Positions 28,192 through 40,500 of a stretch of DNA of 64,000 nt are shown piece after piece. Position 1 is the first letter of the stretch; the number at the start of each line of letters is the position of its first letter. The stretch lies in the IMG/VR virus record IMGVR_UViG_3300020477_000014, positions 32,001 to 96,000 of that record; one strand, written 5' to 3'. The notes beneath the pieces are model-generated. The model was not told the origin of the DNA. It did not search any database and saw only the letters and a program-made list of their open reading frames with translations. The DNA comes from a virus. A program made the position numbers and the translations under genes.

Positions 28192-29994
28192 ATGGCAAAT
28201 GATCAAAATCAAAAGAAACTTGTACCTATTAACTACACTAGCCGCGAATTCGAAAGTATTCGGGAAGACCTGATCGATCTGGCAGAAAGATTTTATCCTG
28301 ACACTTTTCAAGATTTTAGTGAGGGATCTTTTGGCGCCATGATGATAGATTCGGTGGCATATGTGGGTGATCAGTTGTCTCTTTATTTAGATTACAATGT
28401 TAACGAATCTTTTTTAGATACAGCCTATCAATATTCCAATATATTACGTCATGGTCGCGTGTTGGGATATAAAGATTTGGGCCGGCCATCTACTTTTGGA
28501 ACGGTGGCACTTTATATAATGATTCCCGCATATTCAGTAGCGATGGGTCCTGATAGTAAATATTTGCCTATTTTAAAAAGAGGTGCTCAGTTTGTTTCTC
28601 AGGCTGGTTTAAATTTTATTTTGACTGAGAACGTAGATTTTTCCAATCCCAAGAATTCGGTGGTAGTTGCGAGAGTTGATGAATCAACTGGTGCCCCAAC
28701 TCATTATGCAATTAAAGCCTACGGCAATGTTGTTTCGGGGCAGATGGGAAGCGAAAAAAGAAATATAGGATCCTTTGAGAGATTTTTAAAAGTTACTTTA
28801 ACTGATCCTAATATATCGGAGATTATTTCTGTTTTCGATTCAGAAGGGAACGAGTATTATGAAGTAGATTATCTTTCTCAGGATATGATTTTTAAAGAGG
28901 TTACTAATAATAATTTTAAACAAGATAATGTACCGTCTATTTTAAAGCCCATGTTGGTTTCGAGAAAGTTTGTGGTAGAGAGGGAGGGCGGCTCAGTTTC
29001 TTTACAGTTTGGAAGTGGCGAGTTGGGTGCGACAAATGTGGTTGCGATTCCTCAAGCGGTGGCATTGTCTACTTTTGGGAAACGATATGTTACTAGCACC
29101 GCTTTTGACCCCACAAGGTTGTCGCAAGAAAAGAGCATGGGAATTTGCCCCGCCAATACTACATTGTATATTTCGTATCGTTCGATTAGTCCTACAAATT
29201 CTAACTCTGCGGTGGGATCCGTTAACCAAACTAAAACATTTGAATTGGAATATTCTGATCGAGAATCATTAGCTGAAGCTTCCTTGCGGCAAATAGCGGC
29301 TTCATTAGAAGTTTCGAATGAGACTCCTATCGTAGGAGATGTAAGTAACCCGGGCTCTTCTGAATTGAAGCGTCGAATATATGATACTTTTCCTACTCAA
29401 AACAGAGCAGTCACACAGGCAGATTATGAAAATGTTGCCTATAGAATGCCTTCAAAGTTTGGATCCATAAAGCGTGTATCCACACAAAAAGATCAAGATT
29501 CACTGAAGAGAAATCTTAATATGTATGTCATTTCTGAAGACGAACAGGGACATTTAGTCAACTCTAATCAAACTATTAAAAATAATTTAAAGACATGGCT
29601 TAATAATTATCGCATGATCAACGACACTATTGACTTGTTGGATCCTTATATTATTAATGTCGGGCTTGAATTTGTTATTAGAGCCTCGGTGGGAGAAAAC
29701 AAAACTAGTCTTTTGGGAAAATGCGTTAGTGTTTTGGGTGATAAGTTTTCTGAGAAATTCTTTATTGGAGAGCCCATTTTTGTGAGCGATATCTATTCGG
29801 AATTAAAGAATATAACTGGCGTATTGGATGTAGTAAAAGTTAAGATTATCAACAAAACAGGGAGCACTTATTCCGGGATTATTTTTGATATTAATAGAAA
29901 CATGTCTCCCGATGGGACATATGTTGTAGCGCCTGCGAACGCTATTTTTGAATTGAAATATCCCGCAGTCGACATTAAAGGAAAAATTAGATAA
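28192..29994 (+). CDS. Baseplate wedge subunit, T4 gp6/baseplate J-like
   Basis: INYTSREFESIREDL...FQDFSEGSFG...AYVGDQLSLYLD...ESFLDTA and QNRAVTQADYE. Confidence 0.92.
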   Translation: MANDQNQKKLVPINYTSREFESIREDLIDLAERFYPDTFQDFSEGSFGAMMIDSVAYVGDQLSLYLDYNVNESFLDTAYQYSNILRHGRVLGYKDLGRPSTFGTVALYIMIPAYSVAMGPDSKYLPILKRGAQFVSQAGLNFILTENVDFSNPKNSVVVARVDESTGAPTHYAIKAYGNVVSGQMGSEKRNIGSFERFLKVTLTDPNISEIISVFDSEGNEYYEVDYLSQDMIFKEVTNNNFKQDNVPSILKPMLVSRKFVVEREGGSVSLQFGSGELGATNVVAIPQAVALSTFGKRYVTSTAFDPTRLSQEKSMGICPANTTLYISYRSISPTNSNSAVGSVNQTKTFELEYSDRESLAEASLRQIAASLEVSNETPIVGDVSNPGSSELKRRIYDTFPTQNRAVTQADYENVAYRMPSKFGSIKRVSTQKDQDSLKRNLNMYVISEDEQGHLVNSNQTIKNNLKTWLNNYRMINDTIDLLDPYIINVGLEFVIRASVGENKTSLLGKCVSVLGDKFSEKFFIGEPIFVSDIYSELKNITGVLDVVKVKIINKTGSTYSGIIFDINRNMSPDGTYVVAPANAIFELKYPAVDIKGKIR

Positions 29995-31532
29995 TGTTAT
30001 TGAGATTCACCGCTAGCGCTGACAACACGATTGTCAATGCTTATCAACAAAATCTGAGAATCCGCGGAACCGGTTCAAATGCGGGAATGGCAGATGTAGT
30101 AGAGGTGTTTTCTATATATGGTAGACAAACCCCGCAAACCCCTACCCAGAGTGGCTCACAGGAGCTATCGAGATATTTGGTTAAGTTTCCTATTAGTGAG
30201 ATTTCTGCATCTCGTATGTCGGGGATGCTTCCGGAAGCCGGTAAGGTTAGTTTTTATTTGCGTATGTTTAATGCTCAAACATCTAAGACGGTACCGATAG
30301 ACTACAAGCTCGGAATTCATAAAATTACTCAAGAATGGCAAGAGGGAATCGGTTTAGATTTGGAAGGATACAAGGATCTTGTTAAGGGAAACATCGGATC
30401 AGACTGGATCCAAAGGAAAAAGGGCGCCAATTGGACAACTGTTGGCGGTGCTTATGCTAGTGTTCCTGGAGTCGATTATTTTGAACAATACTTTGAGAAC
30501 GGGCTAGAAGATATGGAGGTGGACGTAACTCCACTAGTGGAACAATGGCTAGATCCAGATCCCACTTCTTCTTATCCAAACTTTGGTCTTCTTGTAAAAT
30601 TAACATCTAGTCAAGAAGCTTATTTCTCTAGCTCAACTGGCTTGAATTCAGGCAGCGTTATTCACAACCCTGATGGGGCAACGACTTCTTATTACACGAA
30701 ACGATTTTTTGCTAGAGGAAGTCAGTATTATTTTAAGCGTCCAACGTTGGAGGCGCGCTGGGATAGCGCGCTAAGAGACGATAGGGGTAGTTTTTATTTT
30801 AGTAGTTCTAGAGCCCCAGCAGCAGATAATTTGAACACTCTTTATTTTTATAATATAGTAAGAGGAAGACTTGTTAATTTGCCGGCTGTTGGTACCGGCT
30901 CAATTTTGGTTAGTTTTTATTCTGGATCTGTGACAAACGAATATCCATCAGGCTCTAAACTTATTGTTAACTCCACCCAGTGGAATGTGACGGGCGGATA
31001 CGTGTCTCCGGGTATTTATTCTTGTTCGGTGGCTATAGCCTCTTCTTCAATTAAGACTCTTTATGATGTTTGGCACAGCGGCTCGGTTCAATATTACACT
31101 GGCAGCATTGTTCCACAATCTATTGATACGGGAGATTCACAAGCTACAGACGTTTATTATATGAATATAACGAATTTACAAGAACAATATTCTCACAAAG
31201 ACACAGTTCGTTTGAACTTATACGTAAGAAATAAAGATTGGCAGCCAACTATTTATACAGTGGCTAACAACACTCCCATGGCGGTGCCGATTGTTAGCGC
31301 ATCTTATCGAGTGTATAGGTTGTTGGATGGATATAGTGCAATTCCCTATGGTACTGGCTCAGACAAGCACACCGTGTTATCATATGATACTAATGGAAAC
31401 TACTTTAAATGTGATATGCGCTTATTGGAGCCCGGTTACGATTATGGGTTTAAGTTTGCATTTTATGATGAGGTCCTTAAATCCTGGGTTGAACAAGCGC
31501 CGGTTTTTAAATTTAAAGTAGTAGAGTTATAG
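29994..31532 (+). CDS. Virion protein with DNRLRE/CBM96-like beta-sandwich domain
   Basis: ASADNTI...SRYLVKFPI...SFYLRM...ITQEWQEG...DVTPLVEQWL...NFGLLVK pattern. Confidence 0.65.
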   Translation: MLLRFTASADNTIVNAYQQNLRIRGTGSNAGMADVVEVFSIYGRQTPQTPTQSGSQELSRYLVKFPISEISASRMSGMLPEAGKVSFYLRMFNAQTSKTVPIDYKLGIHKITQEWQEGIGLDLEGYKDLVKGNIGSDWIQRKKGANWTTVGGAYASVPGVDYFEQYFENGLEDMEVDVTPLVEQWLDPDPTSSYPNFGLLVKLTSSQEAYFSSSTGLNSGSVIHNPDGATTSYYTKRFFARGSQYYFKRPTLEARWDSALRDDRGSFYFSSSRAPAADNLNTLYFYNIVRGRLVNLPAVGTGSILVSFYSGSVTNEYPSGSKLIVNSTQWNVTGGYVSPGIYSCSVAIASSSIKTLYDVWHSGSVQYYTGSIVPQSIDTGDSQATDVYYMNITNLQEQYSHKDTVRLNLYVRNKDWQPTIYTVANNTPMAVPIVSASYRVYRLLDGYSAIPYGTGSDKHTVLSYDTNGNYFKCDMRLLEPGYDYGFKFAFYDEVLKSWVEQAPVFKFKVVEL

Positions 31533-31533
31533 C

Positions 31534-34500
31534 ATGAGCATCAAAGATCTATTCAATAGTTCGGGAAAAAGTGTAATTTACAGCGATTATAAGACTCAAA
31601 AAGAAGCTTTTGAGCCCATTGAGTCTGTACGTAATGCTGAACAAATCGAAATTAAGGACAAAGCCTTTGTTCCCTCAGTTGATTATTCCAATCCTGTTGA
31701 GTTTGCGCGCTATGGATCCGCCGAGTTATACTATAAAGGTGCTCTAGAAAAGATTATTGGCTATTATCCTTATGATGGCTCTAAAGCTGAACAGAATAAA
31801 TTTTATAACGGTCTTCTGGAGATTGAAAAATATGTTTTTGATGATTTGTATCCTACTTCATTGGGATATGTCACGATATCTGAAAACGCATATGATTCAT
31901 CTGGAACGACTCTTACTGGTTATGGACAATTTACGGCACCTAACGAAGAATATATTACCTTTTATGGCGGGCCAGGAACAGGCTCGTTGGCAGAAGGATC
32001 CACATTAAGCCAACAAAGTCCCAATCCTTATTCGAGTGCTTTTAACTATTCAAACATCTATGATGAAAATATTTATACCACCGAAGGGCTTCCTTATGAT
32101 TACGGCAAAGGAACACGTCTTTCGAATTTGAGAGCCAATTTTGACGATGGCGTGACAATAGAAACATGGCTAACCACTGGTTCTCTTCATCCCAAAGCCG
32201 ATGCTAGCAAACAAGTGCTTTTGGATTGGTGGAACAATAACATTCTTGCTTCTAGCGATTACGGGCGCCTTCGGGTTGAATTGACGTCTTCTAAAAATGC
32301 AGCCGGATTTGGTATAAGACCATTTGTAATAACGGTGAATTCGGGCTCTCAATCCTCGATGAACAAGGCAGCCAATAGTTTTTTTCTGGGCAAAGTGACA
32401 CTACATGATGATTTGGGTTCCCTATGGAAACACTATGCCATAACCCTTTATAACACTTCCTCTGCATACAACCAAGAGGGCACAACAATCAGGGCAGATC
32501 TCTATGTAGATGGGATTTTGAACGATACATATCCACGCGACGGCGGTATGAGCCTAGTTCGCGAGATCCCTGGAATTCAAGCGTGGTATCGATTGAGTGA
32601 GGATTATGATTCTTTAAGCTCGGTAACCGATCACAGCGGAAAAGGACACAATGGAAGCTTTGGAACTTATTCGAAACCCTCCAAATCTCAGACTACCCCC
32701 GGAACCTATCTCCAATCAGCATCAAATCTCTTTGATAATAGCGGTACCGACGGAATTAACATTGGGACCCCCGCGACGTGGGACGCGCTCATAGGAGCCG
32801 ATACTGGCGGAGGATCTACAGAGAAATTGACATTTGCAGCATGGGTGCGACGAACAGGCGCCGGCGCCGGCGGTAAAGGAAAAATTCTTGATTTTGGATT
32901 AGCGGATTTTGGTTTCTATATAGATTCCACAAATCACTTGTGTTTAGAGGCAAAGTGGGATTCTGGAACCCCCTCTTTATTTACCTACCGCTCAGATGAT
33001 GCAGTTTGCCCAACTACAGCTAGTGGTGAGTGGGTTCATGTGGCTGTAACTTATGATCTGTCTAGTGCGGCAAACGATCCTATTTTGTATGTGAATGGGA
33101 AATCTGTTCCAGGATCCTGGGATGGCGCCGTGGCTGGAACATTTGATGGAATTATTGGTGCCGACTGTTTCATAGGAAACAATTCTTCTAAGACACGGCA
33201 TTTTAATGGGTATATAGCTGAGGTGATCATATGTAACTCCGTGCTTCTGCCGCGAAAGATTTATGCTCTTTATGCGGATCGTGGACATACAGTGGGCGAA
33301 CTTCCGTCACAAAAGGCAATGGGAAGAATTGGCGCCCTTTTAACATCCCCGGGTTGGGGAGACACAGCAGCCGTATCTGGTGATGGCAAATTATCTGGCT
33401 CATTAGATGAGTTCAGATTTTGGAAAGTAAAAAGAACACAAAAACAAATAGCTGAAAACTTTTTCACTCAAGTGGGCGGAGGTGCGAATACTGATATCGC
33501 TAACGCCGATTTGGGGGTATATTATAAGTTTAATGAAGGGAAGACGGGTAATGCGACAACGGATCAAGTTGTGTTGGATTACGCAGGTCGAGTTTGCAAT
33601 GGAGTGTGGACAAATTATACGGCAAATTCTCGATTTACGGGTTCGGCTATTCTGTTGGCTAAAGCAGCACTAAGGGAAACCCCAGACCCAATTGTTCGTG
33701 CTAATAATCCGAGATATGCCGCACTTCAAACTTCTTTATTGGAAAAAGGCAGAGTTCATGATTTAAATAACAATTCAATGTTTATTAATTATTCTCCTTC
33801 TTGGGTTATAGATCTGCATGACACTCTCCAAGGTGCCTCACAGTATGATAATACTAATTTAGAAATGATTTCCCACTTGATGGGGGCTTATTTTGATAAA
33901 TTATATAACCTCATACATGAAGTTCCAAAACTCAAACACTACAATTACCCGAGCGCTAGCGCCACGCCATTGCCGTTTTCGATGCATTTGCCGCAATCAA
34001 TGGGGTTGTATGCACCAGATCTCTTTGTCGATGCTAGTGTGCTGGAGCATTTTGAAAACAGAACAGAGACAGAACAATTCGCCGGAAGAGTTGTTGATAT
34101 TAAGAATTTAATTTATCAAAATCTTTACAATAATATAGCCAATATTTACAAATCCAAAGGAACCGAGACAGCCATAAGAAACGTGTTGCGTTGTTTCAAT
34201 ATTGATGATTCGTTGGTGAGATTCAAAACTTATTCTCGTAATAACGTTTATGATTTAAAAAATAATTTACGACAAATAGCCCGAACTAATGCGCGCCTTA
34301 ATTATAATAACTTAGCACAATCACATGGCGTGGTATATCAAGCGAACAACTCATTAAGTTACCCAAGCACAGGATATATCCACGGCACTAGAGACGGCGC
34401 CGGTTTTGGAACGTGGGCAAGAGAAGAGGTTTGCGGTGCCACCATTGAAGCCGATATTGTGTTTCCAAAATTTGATCAAAATGAACACGTATTTCCAAGA

Positions 34501-37500
34501 TACTTTCACACTTCGTCTTTGTTTGGGATGTATACCGTTAATACGGCTAGCGCGGGATCCCTAAGTGGACACAATACAGCGTATGTATCTCAAGATGATT
34601 GGACCAATTTTCAGGTTTATGCAATTCGGGATTCTTTGGGCTCTAAAAATGTCCGCTTTATGCTTACGTCTGATCGCAGCCCTTATCCCATTCCAGAAAT
34701 TACCAGCAGTACGTTTTTGGATGTTTATGATGACAACCGTTGGAATTTATCAGTTCGCGTTAAGTCTAAAAACTATCCTTTAGGGGGAATCGTTTCGGGC
34801 TCTGGGCCCCCTTCTTTTGATGGGCAACCATTTGAAGTAATTTTTCGAGGTGTCAATACAGTATTGGGCACTGTCGTCGATCAGTTTGAGCTTACATCAG
34901 CTTTGAGTTACACCACTGCTTCTTATTTTTTAGGAAGCACAAAAAGGCTGTATTGCGGAGCAAAGCGCTTTAATATAACTTCGTCGATACAGCACCCAGC
35001 GGATACTTATATATCCGATTTGAAGTATTGGGCTCATTATATTGATAATTCCGATCTGGATCAGCATTTATATGATTTAGAAAATGCCGGCATTTCACAA
35101 ACCTATCAACCACTTCTGGCACAAACAAATAGTGAGATTTTACGTCGGAGTACGTTAGGTCTACATTGGTCTTTTGAAGATGTCACCTCTTCTAATTCAT
35201 TGGGGCAATTTAGAGTTATAGATTATAGCTCTGGATCTCGTCAGATGATTACAGCCTCGGGCTGGTTGGGAGAGGTTACTCAATATAGACATCCCGGGTT
35301 GGGCTATGGGTTTGTCACATCTTCTGGCGCCGCAATTAGTAGAACCTTAGAAAACTCTTTTAAGTTTACCGATCCCGAAGAAACGATATCTAGTAATATG
35401 ATATCCATCCTTTCAGAAGATGATAAGCTTTTTAAGATAGTGGAAACTGTTCCTAATTATGTTTTTACTATTGAAAAAAGCATGTATCAGGCAATATCGG
35501 AAGAGATGATGATATTTTTAGCTGGTGTGACAGATTTCCATAATCTAATTGGAAACCCCCTTAATCGTTACCGAGATCGATATAAAAACATAGAAAAATT
35601 GCGAGAGTTATTTTTTCAACGTGTTACTGAAATAAGTGATGTTGAAAAATATATTAAATATTACAAATGGTTTGATGATGCATTGGGCATTATTTTATCG
35701 CAATTGGTGCCTGCGTCTGCCGATTTGGTACCGGATGTATTAAATATTGTCGAGAGTCACACATTAGAGAGAAACAAATACGAAACCCAGTTCCCTACGA
35801 TAGAAAACTTTTCTCCTGTTGTTGGTTCATCTATCAAGGGATTTGGAGATCGTTCGTATCCTGGTTTTTTAGGTCAAACAACGCAGCCAACTTCTCCGCG
35901 TGATACAACTCGTCATATACCTTTTTGGAAAAAACGCGCCCTTAGAGACGCTCCAGAAATTACTTCTGGCGATGCGACGATTGATAGCCAACGAGAAACT
36001 TATCGCATCGTCATCAATTCTCATCCGCGCCTTAGTCAGAGTATTCCTTTTGTTGTTGATATGGCGACTAACCAAAAGTATTTTTATCGACCTTTTTTCC
36101 AAAGAGGGAGAAAATTAACTGGATTCAAATTTGATTCGCCAGTAACCAAGGCGCCCAGCAATGCGAAAGTATTAAAGGGTGGCACCAACTTTTCACCTAG
36201 CAAAGATATTGATTTTACGTATACAGCATTACGCCCTGCTGGTCCTGTTTATACAAGTGGGGGCGTGTATGTCCCACAAAACGTTCTTTTGTCTTTAGAG
36301 GAAGATTTTGCACAAATTCCAGTAAACAACGATCCCCCGTCGGATCCAAGCGAAAAAGAATATCGAGTTGTTAAAGTGCAACACGGTCGCGATTATCAAT
36401 TAGGTTTGGGTTATAGTAATGTAAAATCGACATTGGCATATCCTTTTAATATGGTGAGTTCTTCATTGACTACTGGTTACCAGAAAGATGTGACCAACCA
36501 GGTTAAAGGTATCAACATAGTCAATCTACACAATGATGTGTATGGTCCCCATATGGAGAAGCCGATTCAAGGACCCTTTACTGAGCATAACGTTGGCGGT
36601 CATCAGTCGCGCCACGTTCCTCTTAATAGGGGCGACGATTCATGGCGAACTAGACCGGAAGCATGGATGTTGATGCTCGGTAGATGTAGCGGAAATCTTG
36701 GCGCCATTGGTATGGTGGGTCCAGATTACCCATGGCCTGACGAAAATAGCCTTGAAAGACCAGATCCGTACCCGGCTATATTGTCTCAAAAGGCTTGGTT
36801 ATATCGCGACTTTACTGCGAAAAGTCCTGTAAATATAAAAAACATACATAGATCAGGAGCGATAGGTCCTGTTTTGGGCAACTACCGCCAGCCTTACGAT
36901 ATCGTGACAACTTTTGGAAAGCATAGTAATCCGAGTCACTTAGTAAAAAATGAGAATTGGGTAGTTTATCCTCCTGATACTTTTCCGTCATATGCCACCG
37001 GAACAACGGTTGTGAACACATTGTTGGATATTCGTAGTCGGGAACATGGAAAACTTTTTATTCCCGCCGGCGGTCCTGGGCCCGGAGATCGTCATCCGAG
37101 ATTTAACGGAGAGTATGCCACCTATTATCTTCAAGGAAGAGCAAACCGGTCAGTTATTTCAAACAGGTTTGGCGCACCTGGAGGGATGGACACCACCCAA
37201 CCCGGACTTAAAGATTTTAGATCTGGCGAGTTTTCTGCATATAATGCGTTGCCATTTAGAAATTTGATGGTTATTCGACCTAACCAAGGACCTAGCGGCA
37301 CCATTGGTGCTACCGAGGGCATGAGAATATCAGATCTTCACGGTAAGGATTTCGGCATGCGCGCATTACTCGCGCGACATTGTGGAAAATTTGGTAGAGA
37401 TTCTTTATGGGTCCAAAACCCCGGCGCAACTTATAATCAGCTTCCTAGTTTCCAAAAAACCAACCGCAATCGTTTAACTATGGTTGATCGAGAAGTAGTT

Positions 37501-40500
37501 TATCATCACGCCACTGTGACTGCTAGTTGTCTTTCTCAGCCCCCCGCGGACACCAAGGGTTTGGTGGTGGGAGTGTTGCCGCACATTGTAGTACCTGGAA
37601 ATCAATTTGAAGTAAAGGTTCCGTACGGATGGGAAGCTCCCACAGCACCACCGAGAATTTATACTTTTAATTATCAGACAATTCTTGGTAATCCAGGCTC
37701 TTCCGATCTCATAAATGTTCAAATTGGTGGCACTAATGATATTACGATTGCCAACACTATAGATGCCATTAACGGATTGGCAATATCGACGCAAGCGCGC
37801 TATTATGATAATAATCCGATCCATCGACCGCTTCGTATTACTGCCGCGGCATCTCCCGCGATGGGCGCCAAGGGAATCGATCTTTTCGCCACCATGATGG
37901 GAGATCTTGGTAATCTATTGGTTTATTATTCTTCCACCTCTTCATTGACGCACCCCACCAAAACCGGCATAAATCAGAATTTTTCGGGGGGAGTGACTGT
38001 TTACAATTCAGTTCCGGGTGTTCAATATAAATATGATAATGCTTTTGTCCAGCATGCGATCCCCAGATCAACTAGTCAGTATTTGTGGATTAGTGCGTCC
38101 GCGGTTAATTTAAACGCTGCCCACACCCCGGCTTATACACCTTTCAATTTTTTAGTATCCAGCGGCACCACTCTTATCAATGCTTATGATTTTGTGAGCG
38201 CGAGTGATTTTGGTGCATTTTCTTCATCCACCGGCTTTTATTATGGTAGAGATAAGAAGGATTCATGGTTAGTTGGAAAAGACTTTCTTCCGGTTGATTT
38301 TGTAGGATCGAATACGATTATAAACGAAAATGTGGACATGTCCACCAACACTGTTGGCAACGCAAATAGTTATTATGATTATTTGAATACGAACATCATA
38401 GATAAAGGGTTTGCCCCTTCGTCTCCGACTCCTTCCGCAGTCATACTAAACAGTTTGCTTTTGAATCGCGGCGGAGCATACGGCTGGTCAGGTAGACAAC
38501 CTTTATATCAAAACAACAATATCGTGTTGCGCAATGAAAGACAGAGCAACATGTTGAGTCTTAAAAACTCCGATAACTCTCTTACGAAATATAATAATCC
38601 ACCCATCACAATGGACGGACGGCCCGTATATGTGAATTTGGACTTTATGTTAACTTCGACATTGCCTTCGACCAATGTTACTTTGGAAATGCCGCTTGGT
38701 GTTTATCAGTATTTTAATACGAATGACTTAAATAATAGATTTAGTTTTGATCAATATTCTTATATCACACAATTTGAACAATTGATGCAATTGGCGAGAG
38801 ATTACAATTACAAATTAAATTGGGTATTGTATTCAGAATGTATTTTCCCTGCTGATCGTAATGAATTTTTGTCATATTCGCGAGGGAGAATAGGATATAC
38901 CAACGATTTTTGGAGAAACAACCGCCAACAGAGAAACACTCTTGGCAGCACTCTGCCAACGACATTTGATTATACGGGATATTCTCAATCGGCATGGGTT
39001 TTGGATGCGCCTATAGATTTCTTGACACGCACTGGTCCTCAAATTCTTAGTCATTGGTGGACCGGCTCTAATCGATCGGATTTATTAAAAATTTCAGGTG
39101 CTGCCGGCGAATTACAAAATATATATAGCACCTATACTTATGTGCCTTCAGCGTATGATTTCAATTCAAAATTTGAAACCTTTGGTGGCGCCGTTCCTTG
39201 GCCCGGGGTTTTAGTTGTTGGGCAACCAGTTTCTTCTGGGGGTGCCTATAAGGTTGATTGGAAATCTAAGGCTTTAACTCCGGGACCTTTATATGCGCGC
39301 AAATCCACATTGTCGAGCCAACTTTCTGTAGTTTCCCCTCATGGTATATCAAACCCTCCTGTGTATAGGATTAATTCCATATTCAGCGCCTGGGCTACTG
39401 GAAGTAATCATGGCGGTGGTCCGACTACTCATCAATTTCGAGTTTTGGATCCCCTTAAGGCTCAAAATACAGGCAGTCTTCGACGAAGTGATGCCGGCTA
39501 CATGTCTCAAAAGAATCAACGATTAGCAGGGGAGGCAAAATGGGAAGCCAACACCCTGGCGGGAATAGTTGTACAAAGCGGAACCACCTCCCAGTTTGTG
39601 TCGCACCCAAGTGAGCCATGGTTTGATGAGTATGGCGACTTTAAATACGAATTGCAAAAAATGGCGAAAGATTATGCCATTGTGCCTGAATTCAGAATCA
39701 GTGAACATATTAAATCTTATAAACAAAATGGCTTGCTGAATGAAGGAAAAACAAATACTTTTGAAATTGTGGGAACTTCTTTTGACAGTTCTCAGGACAT
39801 GTTCTATAGAGACTATTCAAATTCAGACTTTCTTAAAGAATTTGCAAATGTGAAAGCAAATTCGCTTTTAAATGCATCAGAGATTCGATTGGTTTGCGAC
39901 GCAGCCATCCGGTTCAATCCCTATAAAGGATTTTACCCAGCCCAGCGCAGCGCACAATTGGTAGATCAATTAAAAGATAGTTATAATCGATGTTATGAAG
40001 CGCGCGCCTATTATATTGGCACGGATGGCGTTGTGCCCTTTGAGTCTTCGGTGGGGCTATCTGGGCTTGGCAGTACCACCGCACGTACTATGGTCACGGG
40101 CGCCCAGGCAACGAATTTGTTTGAAGGACAATTCCCCGGCGCCACGAGACACCTAAACAAGACCCTCTTTGCTCCTGGTATTCTGTATAATAGCATCAAA
40201 GCAGGTGTTGCGGTCGATTATCCAATTGTTTCGGATGCTCGAAAAATTGCTCGAGCCTACCCGTTTCCTTCTTTTCTCCAGGCTGGAGATGGCTATGCCT
40301 CTAATGGTTTTCCGGCCGGCGCTAACCCTAGACACAATACTGATATTTCCATGTCTTACGAGAATGCTATGGCATATTGTCAGCCTCCGATGGCTTATGA
40401 CGCCGTAGACGGTACTGCATCTTTGCTTAATACGCCTGAGTGGAATCCGTGGTACGATGAGGGTGATGAAGTTGGCATCTACAAGGACTTTTTTGATATT

